DNA of 64,000 bases from positions 151,620 to 215,619 of the forward strand of contig NIVC01001615.1 in the NCBI GenBank assembly GCA_002269645.1, in the 5' to 3' direction. The position numbers and the translations under genes are program-made. Below the pieces are notes generated by a model, which worked only from the letters and a program-made list of their open reading frames with translations, was not told where the DNA came from and did not search any database. Within the stretch, counting starts at the first letter, position 1. Every line of letters starts with the position of its first letter. Origin of the DNA: Macrostomum lignano (Eukaryota). Positions 33,280-46,500 of this stretch are shown piece by piece.

Positions 33280-36125
33280 TGTGGAATGTCTGACCAAAAG
33301 ACTGTCGTACCGCAGAGCACGAGTATGTAATACCTTCTGCATACTTAATATTTTCGTCACAATAAAGCATAAATTAGCTTGTAGGTGTTCAATTGTTAGG
33401 TTAGTTTTTGCGACTGTTGCTAAATCTTGTGGAAATGTTATTAAATCAGATTATCTGTGTTCTTTTCTCTTTTTTATCATAGTGTTGATTTGTGCCATTT
33501 TTATCATAGCACGACAAAGAGAAGCTAGGTGACAATTGGGATGTGCTTGTGCGAAAACTGAGAAATATAGTTTTGTTTTGCAATGAAAAGGTCTTATTGA
33601 TGAAAGCGCCACATACATTTACATAATGTACGCTTGTACACATGTACACAAGCTCATGCGCATAATTGTACATGTTTAACTTCAGGTAGTTACTGTCTAT
33701 TTTTAACAATTGAAATATTTCTTGCAGCGCTTGTGTGACTTCTGCAATATCGTGTACATGTACCCACAGTAGGATAAGCAGAGTAGAAAGGTGTATAAAA
33801 TCGCTATATGCACTGTAGTGTAGTCTGGCACTTGGATGTGCACGTCTGGCTTGTTTTGGGGTTGGGTTTTGCGCTGCAGCGTGTGTGCTTAGGGTGGTTG
33901 CACCCACCCCAACTTTGGCAATAAATATATTGGCGTGAGCCAGTGAGGTCTCCTCACGTTTTGTTATTCACTGCAACTTAACCCACGGTCTTACACTGGT
34001 GGCAGCGGTCTCAGTATGGCCAAATCAGAGCAAGCCAGTTTATTGCCTCCAAAGTTCAGCGGCGACTCCAACGTGAGAATGTGGCTCAGCACGTTTGAAG
34101 ACTTCGCCGACGACTGCGAATGGGACGACAAGAAGAAGGCAAAGAAGCTGAGACTGCTGGTGACAGGAGAAGAGCAAATCTTCGTCTGGGAGCAGCCGGC
34201 AGACGTGTCAGTCAGCTATGAAAAGCTGAAGGAGAAGCTGATCGAGTGTTTTGGCAACGGTCTGAGCTGCTACAGAGCAATGGAGGAGTTTGAAGAGCGA
34301 AAGCGACAGCCCAACGAGTCGCTGAGGGAGCTCGCCTACAGCCTGAAGCTTCTCCACCTTCGGGCCCGCCTGGACGACTCCGTGGCGGCTCGGGAAAAGG
34401 ACGTGAAGTTTCGCCTGATGCGCCTCCTGCCATCTGCCGTGAGAGATGCACTGTTGAAGGACCAGGACGCGGACTCGTGTTCGCTGACCGCTATCGTCGA
34501 CAGAGCTGCGCAGCTTGAGCTGGTGAGCCACGCAACTACAGCCCCATCAGCCGCAGTGTCGGTAGAAGACAGACGGCTGAGCCAGCTGGAGCAGCAGATG
34601 CAGCAGCTGACAGCCAGCGTGCGAACGGGACAACCCGGAAGAGACAGGCGTCAGAAGGGACCCATTAAGTGCTTCAGCTGCGGCGAGCCGGGTCACATCG
34701 CTAGGCGGTGCCCAAAGACGATCGACAGCCGCTGCAGCCGGTGCTCAGGCAAGGGTCACTCCGCCGCGGTGTGCCCGACACCAACTAGACAGCCGCAGGG
34801 AAACTTCCGAGGGTCGGCAGCCTGGGGCCAGCACCGAACCGCTCAAAAGAAGCCCTCAGATCAGCGCCTTCAGTCTTCGTGAAGGTGCACTTTGGCAGCG
34901 TGTCAGCGCCTGCTCTGCTCGACACCGGCGCGCAAGTTTCGTTGATGGACAAGTTGCTGTTCGACAGATTGCCGTGCAAGATAGACTCCACCGACATCGG
35001 TGCGCTGCCGATGGATGTCGACGGATCCCGGCTGCGCTGCCTTGGCCTGTCAGCAGCGGATGTTTCGATCGGCCAGACTATCCGCGTGCGCCATCGCTTC
35101 ACAGTCGTGGATGGCATCCAGCCAGGCTGATCATCGGCATGAAATTCATCGGCGAGGTGTCGCAGGCGATGACCATCGACATTAAAGAAGGCGTCGTAAA
35201 GTTTGACAGCACAGCTGTGCCTTTCAGCAGCGAGCCGGCTCGAGCAGACTGTCGCCTGGTGCCGAGTGTCCTGGTGGCGCGTGTGGCGGCAACTACGGAG
35301 CTGCCCGCCCGCAGCGAGGTGGCTCAAGGTGGATTCCAGCGACGAGCAGGGAGTCTTTGAGCCGTCTGAGGACTTCGTGAAGTCCACCGCCGTCCTGCCG
35401 GCCCGCGTGCTGGCGGTCTCGGACGGCTGCCGCATCCCGGTGAAAATGTGCAACCTGGCAGAGGAGCCCGTGCTGCTGTACGCCAACAAGGCGGTCGGCA
35501 CGTTCGAAGGCGCGATGACAGACGGGGACGGTCGCCAGGAGGCGGCCCAGGAGACCCCCATCGGTTGGAACATCAACGCGGAGCTGCCGGAATCGGATGC
35601 TGCGAGGCTGCGACAGCTGCTGGAGCGCAACGAGGGCCTGTTGTTCGCCAGGCACGAGTACGACCTGGGCACGACGGCGTTGCTGCAGCACCAGATCGAG
35701 CTGGAGCCGGGAGCGCGGCCACACCGGCAGGTTCCGCGCCGGCTGCCGCTGTCTGTGCGAGACCAAGTGGACAGGAAGATCAGCCAGATGCTTGACAGCG
35801 GCATCATCGAGCCGTCGACAGCGCCATGGGCCAGCAACCTGCTGGTGGTACGCAAGAAGAACGGCGACATCAGACTGTGCACGGACTGGCGGAAGCTCAA
35901 CGCCTGCACCGTCACGGACGCGTACCCGCTACCGCACCTGCAGCGCTTGTCGGATGCTCCTGGTTCTCCACCATCGACTGCCGGCAGGGCTACCACCAGG
36001 TGTAGGTGGCGGAGGAGGACCGGTACAAGACGGCCTTCTATTCGACGTGCGGCCTGATGCAATTCTGCAAGATGGGCTTCGGAATGTGCAACGCCCCAGC
36101 GACTTTCCAGCGGCTCATGGCCTTC
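33280..36125 (+). mobile_element. Ty3/gypsy LTR retrotransposon, 3'-truncated (5' LTR, gag, protease, partial RT)
   Basis: Candidate LTR TGTGG...TTACA (33280-33995, AATAAA inside); PBS-like TGGTGGCAGCGG at 33997. Protease LLDTGAQVS; RT N-terminal motifs PWASNLLVVRKKNG..RLC.DWRKLN and KTAF...MGFGMCNAPATFQRLM, with frameshifts and a stop. The left LTR boundary is tentative. Confidence 0.88.
34016..34882 (+). CDS. Gypsy Gag with two CCHC zinc knuckles
   Basis: 288-aa ORF with CFSCGEPGHIARRC and CSRCSGKGHSAAVC. Slippery G GGA AAC at 34798-34804, followed by an open -1 frame into the protease. Confidence 0.88.
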   Translation: MAKSEQASLLPPKFSGDSNVRMWLSTFEDFADDCEWDDKKKAKKLRLLVTGEEQIFVWEQPADVSVSYEKLKEKLIECFGNGLSCYRAMEEFEERKRQPNESLRELAYSLKLLHLRARLDDSVAAREKDVKFRLMRLLPSAVRDALLKDQDADSCSLTAIVDRAAQLELVSHATTAPSAAVSVEDRRLSQLEQQMQQLTASVRTGQPGRDRRQKGPIKCFSCGEPGHIARRCPKTIDSRCSRCSGKGHSAAVCPTPTRQPQGNFRGSAAWGQHRTAQKKPSDQRLQSS

Positions 36126-36229
36126 TGAACCGGGTCCGAATCCGGGCTACAAAGCAGCTCGTCCATGACTAAATTCCAGAGAATCATGCTGAGGACTCCA
36201 CCTTGCGGTCTGCCTTTCTAGACCTCCTG

Positions 36230-36530
36230 GGAGTGACCCTCCCGGTCGATTTATATCCCTGGCGATGGTCCCGCGGTTCCACCCGACCTCACCTCCCTCG
36301 TGGACTACTGCTCTGACCGCAGGTTCGAGCTGCTGGTGGCGGGCGACGCCAACGCCCACCACACCCACTGGGGGCAGTAATACCTCCAACAGCAGAGGCG
36401 AGGGACTCCTTGCTTACATCTGCACCACCAATACTGAGTTTTGCAACATAGGTGGAACTCCCACCTTCGACAACGGACGATGGACGGAGGCCCTCGACGT
36501 GACCCTCGTCTCCCACGGCCTGGTTCCTCT
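36230..36530 (+). mobile_element. Non-LTR retrotransposon AP-endonuclease fragment
   Basis: One frame reads LLVAGDANAHHTHWGSNTSNSRGEGL...NIGGTPTF...ALDVTL, the GDFNAHH..WGS..N.RG pattern of LINE endonucleases. Confidence 0.8.
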
Positions 36531-36559
36531 GGACAATCAGTGGCCAATCTCCCTTAAAC

Positions 36560-38380
36560 TAAACTAGCGGGCCCGGGGTGTTTTATAGGTACACGTTAAG
36601 GCGCAGCCGCCACCAAGTACCTGCGTAAAAGTTCATGGCACCATCATGGTTGCTTGGTACCGGAGGTCAAGGACAGGTCACAGCTCCTTGAATATCACGC
36701 ATCACGCTTTGGTGTTTGTTTTCCCGCGAGGCCGACCCACCGGTCCCTGCATGGAAACCCCTTCAAGAGTACGTACGTCCTACAATGAGTTTATAAAATC
36801 TTCCTTAGGACCAAGCTAAATTCCACTGAACGCTTTAATTGCTCTCAGATCCCGAGGATCTTCCCACTATATATAGACATCCGTTAACTGTCCTCCCTTC
36901 ATCATTTGCGAACTCCACTCAACGCCCACGACAATCCGAGACTTTTGGTCCACCACACGTTGAGTCACCCGGGTCATCCGTGACTGCAGCCGCCACCGAG
37001 ACCACCCACGACCACCGCGCCAAGCAGACCTGCAGACAGCCCGTGTCTGTTAAGGTATTTTCCTCCTTTGCGCTGTATTTGGGTATTTGCCAGTGTAGTG
37101 CATGCGCCCTTGTCGGTTGGCAGGGCGCAGTGCACTTTGGGGCTGGCAGGCGTGGCAGGGTCTGGCCGGCGGCCGGGCTTTGCGCGTGCCCCTCCCCAGC
37201 CGTGCCCCCTGCCCCGTGCTCACGGCTGGTTGGCTGCGGCCGGGCCGGCTTTGGCGCGGGTGCGGGCCCTCCCGCCTAGGCGGGGTTTTGATTGGCTTGC
37301 CGGTGCGGCCAGTCTCTATTTTCTCTTGTTTGAGTATTTTTGTGGGCTTAGCCGGTGGGGCCGCCTGCCCCCCGCCCCCAGGCCTGTGCTTTGGTATTTA
37401 TTATTTTCCTTGCTCTCGTGACTCTGGGTTTTTTCCACTCACTTCGTATTTGCGCTCCGAGAAATTGCAAGCGATACTTGACTCAAGTCACCCAGTGAGT
37501 AAACAGTAAAATTTAGTAAATTAAGTCCAAGAGAAACCAGTCAAGCACCGCTTGGAAACCAGCGAGCAAAGGCAAATAAACGCGCGAACGGTAATTTGGC
37601 CACTGGTAAGCCGCCTGCTTGAGTTCACTCTTTCTGGGAAGCTTGTTAGTTGTTGTGAGCCCCGTCCTCCGGAGCGACGCCTACAGCTGAACCCTGTCGG
37701 GAAGCTGCGACCCCGAGGTCCCCAGTTAAAGCTCCCGTGACGCGCCCTAGGGAGAAGCAGGAAAAATGACAGTAAATCGCGAACACGAACTTACACGCCG
37801 TAGCCGATGCAGTTCGCCGTGCACTTTTTATGGTAGACGAGCCGCTTTATTCAATAGCCAACGGAGGCGGACCAAACGCGAGCAAGGGAGGGACACCAGA
37901 CAGCGACTTCATTATTATTTTCATTGGTCCTACGCGTACATGAATATAACTAAAGAACAAATGTACGGTATGGGGTTGTGGTGTGAGGTGGCGTGACCGG
38001 CGTACGCATTGATTATGAGAAAAATGAGGGGTGGGGAGACTGGAAGGGTTGGGGCGGGACACGAGGGCGAAAAGGGGCACGATTGCACAACATTAGGCTG
38101 CAGGGAGTTCTTGCCAGAGCGTCATACGCCGGGAGAGCATATAGCTCGTACCAAACTGTACCTCTACTTATACTGTATACCCATTGTATAAGCACCAGAG
38201 TGTCGCTACACCTCTGAGAGCAACGCTAGTTCTGAGCGTCATCACGCCAGAACGAGCAACCTGGTACTCAGAGCGTCATAACGCCTGTCAGCAGTAATAA
38301 CATATTGGCAGAGCGTCACAACGCCTGCAGGTACCACCGTATTGTACTTGGGCTGGGCACCCGAACCGACCCCGGTTACG
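36560..38380 (-). mobile_element. Possible internally deleted LTR element (LTR-like 37738-38380 plus integrase C-terminal remnant)
   Basis: TG...CA-bounded segment with a minus-strand AATAAA; minus-strand traces FHAGDR.V and HELLRRY near 36620-36760. Weak evidence. Confidence 0.3.
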
Positions 38381-39993
38381 ACACCAGTCAGGTCTCCATT
38401 TCCCATTGATCACTGTTTTTTAAAATACATCTATAATATTTTCTAATGTATTTTTGATCCCTCTCATCTTAAAAATTAATTATTAGTGCCATAAGTCAGG
38501 GCCAGAAAGTCAGGGCATTAGCCACTCAAATCTTTGTCAGTTTCTGCCTATTTTCTTCTCTGCCATGAATAGTGACATGAAGTGTGAGTAGAGTGCGCCT
38601 GTCGCAGGGCATAGAATAGAAGCTGATCGAGGATCGGAGTGCAAATCACCGAGTGAGCCGAATACATCCAAATTAAATAATCATAGCAGTCTAAGTAAGT
38701 TCTACGTAAGTATTTCTAAGTCGATGTAAGATGTACACCATGAGAAAGCACCGCCGGTCAGGCCTCGCTCCCTAGAACACGTACATGTATGCTCTCTCAG
38801 CTGTTGCAGATACGTGTAGTGTAGCACCTCCCTATCCCGACTGCATCGAGCCCATCTAAGAGGATAGACATTGGATGCATGTAGCTACAGTATTGTCCCA
38901 TGACTCTTGCCCTCATTATCCACCATTGGGATCTTGGGGCTTAGGAGGGAATAGTGGATTGGAGTCGCCCACCAACAAATTCCCCTTGATGCAAAAGTCC
39001 TCGTTTCCAGCACTGACTAAACTGTTCCTTGTACGCTCGAATGCCTCCTCGCATGGTCCATAAAACGGCCATTTCTAGTACAGTGTGGGAGATTTTACCG
39101 GGTGTAGTCCTGCACAGGTGACTGGTAGTGGCCGCATCTTTAGCAAACTAACAACCCGGGCCCGCTGCCTAGACAATGGGATGTTGGCCGCTACGTCAGC
39201 TGCCACACCGTCCAGAAGTCTAGGGGCGAGGCCTGGCGGCAGCTGCATGTACCTTCAGCGCCAAAGTCCAGAGGTTTGCACAGGTATTCTCATGCAGCCG
39301 GGTTACGTCCCTATTGGCTAGGAGCGGAAAAATTTGTAGTCGCTACTGAAGCTGGTGACGTTCTTGGCAATTACGAAGTACAAGTTAACAGGTTGGTAGG
39401 CGCCTGATGAAGCAACATGCGGCAGCTGGTGCAGTTTTGGCAGCTCCCTAGACTGACAGTCCGAATGAGTTCCTAGACTGATGCGAACCCGCGCCCTTAT
39501 TCGGCCCCTTCCCTGCGTTTTGAAGCTCAATTCAATCCTACATGCATGCGCAATTTTTATTAATTATGCGTAACTTTACTGAGGCCCAAACCCGTCGATA
39601 CGTGGACTGCCTGCTATGCGACGCCGGGGCGCCCGGCACTGCAACTAAGATCGTAAAACCCCTGGTCATAATTGTATGTGATTAGAGATGAAGTTTATAC
39701 CTGCATTTTGAGAGACATACACAGCTGGACACACACACAATTATGCGCAGTGGACAGTTTCCCTCAGCAGGATCTCGATCGTATTCAGATCGAGCTTAAA
39801 TTTAGTTTGTTTATTTTAGCTCTAAACTATTGGATTTACATGCGTGAACTGAATCGAGGATTGTTGACTTTCAAGTTCTGCTACCACACAGTGCTCGGTG
39901 GCAGGTTGCACAGGGTACAGCTGGCTGCAGGAGTGCAGTTGAACCCCAAGCATCCCAATCATTACTTGATTAGAGCCTCAGAGGTGACGTCGC

Positions 39994-42098
39994 TCAAGGT
40001 ATGTTTAGCGACAGTCGAGTTGCTTTGACCGAAGTCCAGCTGCCGTTCCGCATCCAGCAAATCGCACTTGGGCTGTTGACCTCCGAATTGGAGTACAGGC
40101 CGTTGGGGTTTGCTCGAGCGCAAGACTTGAACCACCAGCCGGAGTTGCCGTGGAAATATGTAGAGCAGGAGCCACCCAGTAGGTCATTGTCTTGTTCCAT
40201 CGTGGAGAACCGCATTCCACTGTGATAGCCGAGGTTGTTGTAGAAAAAGTTCGAGCGAGTCCGCTCCAAGCGTCCCACAGTCATATTATATTTCGATCTG
40301 GCGTCTTGAACTCGAAAGTTGGAGTACTCTTGAAACAGCTTCTCCTCGTGCCAGGAGAAGATTTCAACCAGCAGAGTGACACCATCATCCAGTACCGAGC
40401 TGAGCTCGTGAATGTCCAGCAGGCCTGGTAATGTTTTGAACGTGGACAACTTTAGGAGGGTTGCGTACACCCAGCCGTCCTAACCGATGCTGCGGTAATT
40501 CTTCCCGTTCCGCTCACTCCTGAGCACAGGCGCGCCAATACTGTACGCAGTCACGCACTCATGCACTCGCTCACACAGGGTGTACAGCGCTCACACAGGG
40601 TGTACAGCGGCCCTGACTTTCTAATCATCAGGCATGGATGTACACTCTCTGTGCCTTGGGGCTTGGGTCTCATGGTTGTGAATTGCACAACAACAACAAA
40701 AACAAACAACAAAGTACATTGGATAGTCTCTTGTGTCACAGGGCGCGTCTCAAGGCCAGAGTGCGAACATAGGCCGCTCCGCCGGCAGAGTCCGGGGCGC
40801 CGACTTCAGGCAACAGGCAGTTGACGAAACGCCGAGTGCGCGCCTGCCCTCGCCGGTAGGGTGCCTGCAGCGTGAGCAGCAGCACCTCCTGCACCGGCTG
40901 TGGGCAGTACGACTCGGTGCGGATGATGTGACCTGTCAGCTGGAGTCGCCGACGGCGCAGCAGGTCACTTGGACGGGCCAGGCCGGCGCGGCGATAGAGT
41001 GCCGCGTTGGTGACTCGCTCGTCGCTGATCTTGAAGGCGGCGCTTGATCTTTGAATAGCACAACAAACCCGAAATGAATGCGGCCGCGCAACGGAATCGA
41101 ACCAAGGGGTGGCAGCGCGCGAGTATACTCTGGCCCTTTATACATTGGAAACAAATTAAAGTAGACGAACGAACAACACTAAAGTAGGCCTATTTTAGCT
41201 GAAAAATTTAGCATTAAGACCAGAAGTTCAAAAATAAAAAATTTTCAAACTTTTCTCGACAAACTTGTGAGCGCATCTTGAACAAGACAGCTGAAAAGTA
41301 CCCAACTGACTAGCCTGATGCTTTTTTTCAGCGAGAAACGACCTCAAACGGAATTCGCACGAATTGCAAGTCTTGGCATCCTTGTACTTTAGCAGTCCAT
41401 GATTTGAACTCTTTCTGGTGCTAAACAAGCTTTTTACATCACAAAAAGCAACAGACCGATCCAGAAGTTAAGTTCGTTGCCGAACCCAGTCTCGTAGCTG
41501 CTCCAAGTCTGCTCGAAGCTCACAGAGTCGCTCACTCGCTGCTGGATGGGGCACCACAGGCGGCCGTCATCAGTTGCAGAGATGCTGTGTTTGCACGATG
41601 ATGCCGAGTCTGCATGAAAAAAGACATGATATGAATCATAAGACATTCAATCTGATTTCAGTAAAAATCTATCGCTATATATTTCACATTACGCTCACCC
41701 GAATTTCTCCGACAAAATACGAACCGCGAGTCCGGAATTCCGGCATTTTCATTCGACATTCGGCACTCGAACGCCTCGACAGAGAATCCAAACGACAGAC
41801 AGTCGGGGCGCTTGTTGCAGAGCATTGCACAGTCAAGAATGCTAGCAACGGTTTCAGTTGATACCCTTGTAAACATCGTTGGCGTCCTTGTCTCCGATTC
41901 CAGAGAAAACGTCTCACTTGAACACACTGGCACCGCACTGTCTCTGAAGTGCAGAGCGAAGATGCTTAGAAAGATATGAGAAACATGGGAAAATTAATCT
42001 ACATCGAGATAGCGGGGAACTTACTGAGAGGCACAGGTATCAGTCAGCAGCAGCGCTACCGCCAGCCAGAAGACCAGATTATCAGGACACTGTCTCAT
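39994..42098 (-). CDS. Secreted PAN/apple + fibrinogen-related domain (FReD) protein, 4 exons, 300 aa
   Basis: Exons 42098-42025 (signal peptide MRQCPDNLVFWLAVALLLTDTCAS), 41943-41699 (PAN: SILDCAMLC..RPDCLSFGF...C), 41609-41457 (IQQR..SVSF..W..YETGFG..NFWIG), 40424-39994 (MRFSTMEQDND...C...GWWFKSCARANPNG). Phases are consistent. Confidence 0.85.
40485..40690 (-). mobile_element. SINE family A, 5'-truncated copy, in FReD intron 3
   Basis: Matches the body of 42939-43307 and 17355-17615. Confidence 0.7.
40686..41030 (-). mobile_element. RTE-type LINE 3' end with (TTG)n tail
   Basis: Minus strand reads LLRRRRLQLTGHIIR...P.QEVLL...RRGQARTRRF...*, then a TTG-rich tail. A second copy lies at about 52150-52390. 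Confidence 0.7.
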
Positions 42099-42856
42099 CC
42101 TGATGCTGCACCAGTGAAGCTGTTTGGGAGGCAAAATAGTCAGAAAGTTAATGATTCTTCCGCATATATCATTTCTGCAGCCCATTGTCCTGGATTTTTC
42201 GTGTTTCTTCACGAGATTCGGGATTGGCTGGAGCAGTCATACAGACAGACGGCAATTTTTATGAAAGAATTCAGCTGCATTCGTCCCTAAACTGGTTGCA
42301 GCTTGCGCACGGTTGGGCTCTGTTAAACAAAGCATTTCCATCATTTTCCTGTTTGAGCTGCATGAGTTCTGCACTGCTAAAGCATACATTCGCTGCTTGT
42401 TGAGCTCAGATGGAATTAAACAGTTGAGGAAAGTCAAATTAAATTTTTTAAACTGCAAAATTTCCTGCAAACTCAAACTTCACAGGAGATTCTTAAAATT
42501 TGAATTGGATATTGCTGTGTGGCATAAAATGCCAGATCAGCAATGTATACTCGTAGTAACATACTTGGGGGTTGAGGCTGTCGCCTTTGCTTGCCTCAGA
42601 CACTATGAAACCGAAGTCGCATGCTGCAGGACACCGGTGACTGGGATGGAGAATGGTTAAGAAGGAGAGCAGATTGAATTCAGATTGGATGCCGGACCAA
42701 TTCCACCCTTGAATCGCCAAGCATGAGAAGATGAAGATGTGACTGAGGGCTTGGGATAGAGCCACCTTGGAGCTTTGCGAAGCAGGTCGAGTTCCTGCAC
42801 GCTCACCCCCATTCCCGACTATCGCACTATCGAATGTGTACCTGAGCCAAGGACTA

Positions 42857-43560
42857 CTCAAGTAGAAGAATGGGAAACTACGTTTCTTGGACAGTTTCAT
42901 GTTTTGCCGAAAAATGCATTACGGAGACATGAGGTTTTCATTTATATTTTTTTTAGAGGCAGGGGGGTTGTGTGCACCCTGGCGGACTTTAAGCGACATT
43001 GGCACACAACCGGCGAGAGGCATTACTGCCCATTCCGCCGACTCCCCTGAGCAGGCATACAAGCGCGCGGATACGTACGCAGGCCCACACTCACACAGGA
43101 GTGTACAGCGGCCCTAACTTTATATTATCGTTAGGTATGTACACTTCACTGCGCCTTGGGAGGTTGGCTCTCAAGGCCGTTAATTGCACGAGCAGAGCCA
43201 AGCCGAGATTCCAATTCAGCCCCAAATTAATGTGACTGCACTTGGAATCGAGCCTGGGTCGCTGGCACACCAGTGCAGCTGCGCTACCGCTGGGCTACGG
43301 CCCCCCGGAGGTTTTAAATCTTTCAGCACAAAAATTGTTATTACTTTTGATAGAAGGCAGACCCAGTGTTCATCTATTGACGCTGAGTTCATTTTTATAT
43401 CCTACGTAGAATCGTGCATGTCTTGTGCATAAAAATCCGAAGAATGGCACAGCTCGACTCATTAATTTCATGAATCATGTCACAATCATTCATAACTTAA
43501 TGACTGTGTAACAAAATATGTAACAGAATGATGAAATATGAATAGATTCATAAAACCAAT
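42857..43560 (+). mobile_element. Truncated copy of the TTAA MITE at 2791-3458, interrupted by a SINE
   Basis: AAGTAGAAGAATGGGAAAC start and TTTCAGCACAAAAATTGTTATTACTTTTGATAG...CAGTGTTCATCT match 2790-2932. Confidence 0.7.
42939..43307 (-). mobile_element. Full-length tRNA-derived SINE (family A)
   Basis: Head GGGGGGCCGTAGCCCAGCGGTAGCGC with B-box-like GGCTCGATTCC, A-rich tail, and target duplication GAGGTTTT (42931-42938 and 43308-43315). Confidence 0.8.
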
Positions 43561-43589
43561 GGAATAGCGAACGCGCACGAAAGCACGAA

Positions 43590-46500
43590 AGCAAAATCAA
43601 GCAGTCAGTCAGCGCATGCGCAAATCAGCTTCTTTGTAGATCTTGTCTCCGCCTTTGGCCTGCCGCAGGTGCGGCCGAGCCGCGATCGGCGGCTCCGCTT
43701 TTTCCAAGCTTCCTGGGATGCCAGGCGGCTGCGGCGCCGGCCCGGCTGGCTGGTCTGGCGCTTCTGGCAGCCGCTTGACCTGCGTGGCGTACCAGCAGCA
43801 GGTGGTGTCGTCGCGCTGCATGATCAGCGAGTCTCCGAGCACTTTGGACACGACCCACGGCGTTGACTCGTAGAAGGCGTCGGCCTTTTGTCTGGACTGC
43901 AGCCGTCGCAGGACGCGGTCTCCTGGCCGAATGTCGTGGTCTGCTGCCTTGGCCCTTTGGTCGGCGTAGCGTTTAATCTTCTCCTTGGACAGCTGATCCT
44001 TGTCTTTGATGGCTGCTCTCGTCGCGTCCACCGGCTGCGAGTGCTGGAGGTTGGGGATCGTGTCGGTGATCTGCCGCCTGAACAGAACGCTGGCGGGCGC
44101 GATCCCAGTAGCGCTGTGCGGAGTGCGTCTGTACGCAGCCAGGTACTCGTCGATTGCTGCCGTCCAGTCCCTGCCTTCGGCCACGGCCGTACGATGGCCT
44201 TGTTGAGTCTCTGGTTGCACCTTTCCGTAGCGCCGTTGCCCTGTGGGTACAGCGGAGTGATCCGGTGGTGCCTGGAGCCTTGGTCCACCAAGAAACTGCT
44301 AAACTCAGCCGACGCGAAGGACGGGCCGTTGCCGGTCGTCACTTTCATGGGCTGCCCGAAGATGCTGAACCAATTCCGCAGCATGCGGATGACTGCCGCG
44401 GCGGTGGTGCTCGACATGACCTCGACCAGTGGGATGCGCGAGAAGTGGTCCGTGCAGACGAGCAGCGACTTGACGTTGACGGGCCCGAAGATGTCCATGC
44501 CGAGCTCCAGCCAGGGCGCCGCCGGTAGTTTGGTCGGCTTGAGCGGCGTCGCCTTTGGCGTGGTCTCGCGGGTACAGATCTGACAGCTCAGGCAGGCCAC
44601 CTCGTGCGCCTGTACTGATGCTCGCATGCTGGGCCACCACACCTTGGCTTGCACACCTTGTCTCTCTAATTCCCTGGTGACTTTGGTGCGCCAGCTGCAG
44701 GCACCGGTAGCGCAGTGCTGTAGGCATGAAGATCTGGCCCAGACGTAGCAGCAGGCCGTCGAGCTTAGACAACTCGTGGGGACGGTGTGCAGCCTTCACG
44801 CTTCGGGTTCAGGTTGCTCTTGTCCCGAACCTGACACTGCGGATGCCGTGAGGCGCGGCTTGGACTGTGGCATCTTGGTTGGAGGCCGCTTTGATGGTCG
44901 CCAGGCTGATGGACACCGGCGTTGCTGCTTGGACTGCCGTGACCACGTAGATTACGTCTTCTTGCTCACCAACGTTGTTAGGCGGCATCGGCAGCGGCTG
45001 GCGGCTCAAAACGTGGTGGTGGTGATGGTTTCTTGGCCAGAGCTAGTCCGGGGGGGCGCGTCTGCGCCCCTATCCTCTGGAGATACTCGAGCACGCGGGG
45101 CCGTCGTCTGCGATGACCGTCAGCGACGCGTTTGGTCCGAGGACCTCCGCCCGGATGTCTGCGTGTACCGGGCACTGGATCATGAGGTGTTCGAGGTCCT
45201 CCTCAGCTTTGCCGCATGCTGGGCAGGTCGCGGATGGTTCCAGGCCGATGCGGTCGCGATATTTGCGGAGGCGGAGGCAGTGGCCGCGGTGCGGAGCTGG
45301 GCCAGGGTCACTTGGGCTTTGCGCCCGGAGCCCGGCGGTAGGCGTTTTGGTGGCCTTCCGTGTGTGGCAGAGCGATGCGTCGCGCAGTGCTGGTCATTGG
45401 CGTAGGCCTGGTGGAGGTCCGAGGCTACTAGCACAGCAATGGCCGAGCGGGTGCTGCGGAGGTCCAGTGGAGCGTCTGATTGGGGGAGCCGAGCCGTGCC
45501 GCGCGCTGTGTTGTCCGCTATAGGTCGTTGAGCCGCAGGTTGCAGTGTCCGGGGACCCACTGGATGGTGACGTGGTGGCCCAAGGTACTCTTCTGAGCAG
45601 AGCCCAGATGTCCCTGCAGCATGGCGAGAGGCGCGGTAATGGGCCAGCGAGGAGGCTCCGGAGCAGGGACTGCGAGTCTGTGGCCCAGCGGAGCTCGCCG
45701 CTGCCCGGCCATGGCAGGATGTCGAGGGCGGCACGAGTCCGAAGCGAAGTTCAGCCAGGCTGCAGCGCCATGAAGGACGGCAGATTCGGCGTAGGTGCGA
45801 TACAGGCGTGAGAGGATATGCGAGTCCTGACCCCAATCACGGCCGGTGAGGCACCTCAGGACGCCGGTGCGTTTTTGCAGGTTCCTGCGTTGGAGTGAGG
45901 CTTGGTGGCGGAAAGTAAGCTGTGGATCCAGGTAAACGCCGAGCAGTTTTGGGTGCAGTTCGAAGGGGCCGGGAGACGCCGAGCATGATGCGTGGCTGCA
46001 CCTTTCCGTTTGTCTCACGCAGGTCGAGAGAGAAGTACGCAACGACCGACTTGGTCCTGCTGAGGTCCACTTTCCAGTTTTGGGACCACAACAGGAGCCA
46101 ATCGGTCGCGCGTTGCTGGGTTTGCTCGCACTCCCGGACAGTCGCGCCCTGAGCTCCAAAGATTGCTGTCGTCGGCGTAAGCTATAGTCAGGACGTCCTC
46201 AGGCGCGCCATCCAGGAGGTCGTCCATGTAGACGATCCATAGGGTCGGGGCGAGGACCGATCCTTGCGGGAGGCCATCGGAGAAGGTGAGGATCCAGCTA
46301 CTGGTTCCGTTCCAGGTGACGCGGGCGCGTCTGTCCGAGAGGAACCTTCTGAGCCATCGGTTCATGCAGGTGGGGACCCTCTTGCGGTGCAGTTTGACGG
46401 TTTGGGCATTTTGTAGGCTCTCGAAGAATCTCCGAGGAGAGCTGAGCGCTTTGCTGGCTTCTTAGCCATCGATGATGTAGTGCGTGACGGCAGTGATTTG

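Noticed and set aside
30454-33370. 800-970-aa ORFs in four frames (AAAESEKV, QLPPPSHS and others)
   Set aside because: A stop-free 24-bp unit explains them; there is no codon or splice evidence for translation.
40425-40530. Upstream extension of FReD ORF 39994-40470 with an in-frame stop, suggesting a pseudogene
   Set aside because: This stretch is intron 3; the acceptor at 40425 gives an intact WIG-LLDIHEL junction.
43235-43307. Genuine tRNA genes (also 6708-6780, about 52610-52650 and 700-775)
   Set aside because: A/B boxes are present, but there is no complete cloverleaf or acceptor stem, and most continue into repeat bodies.
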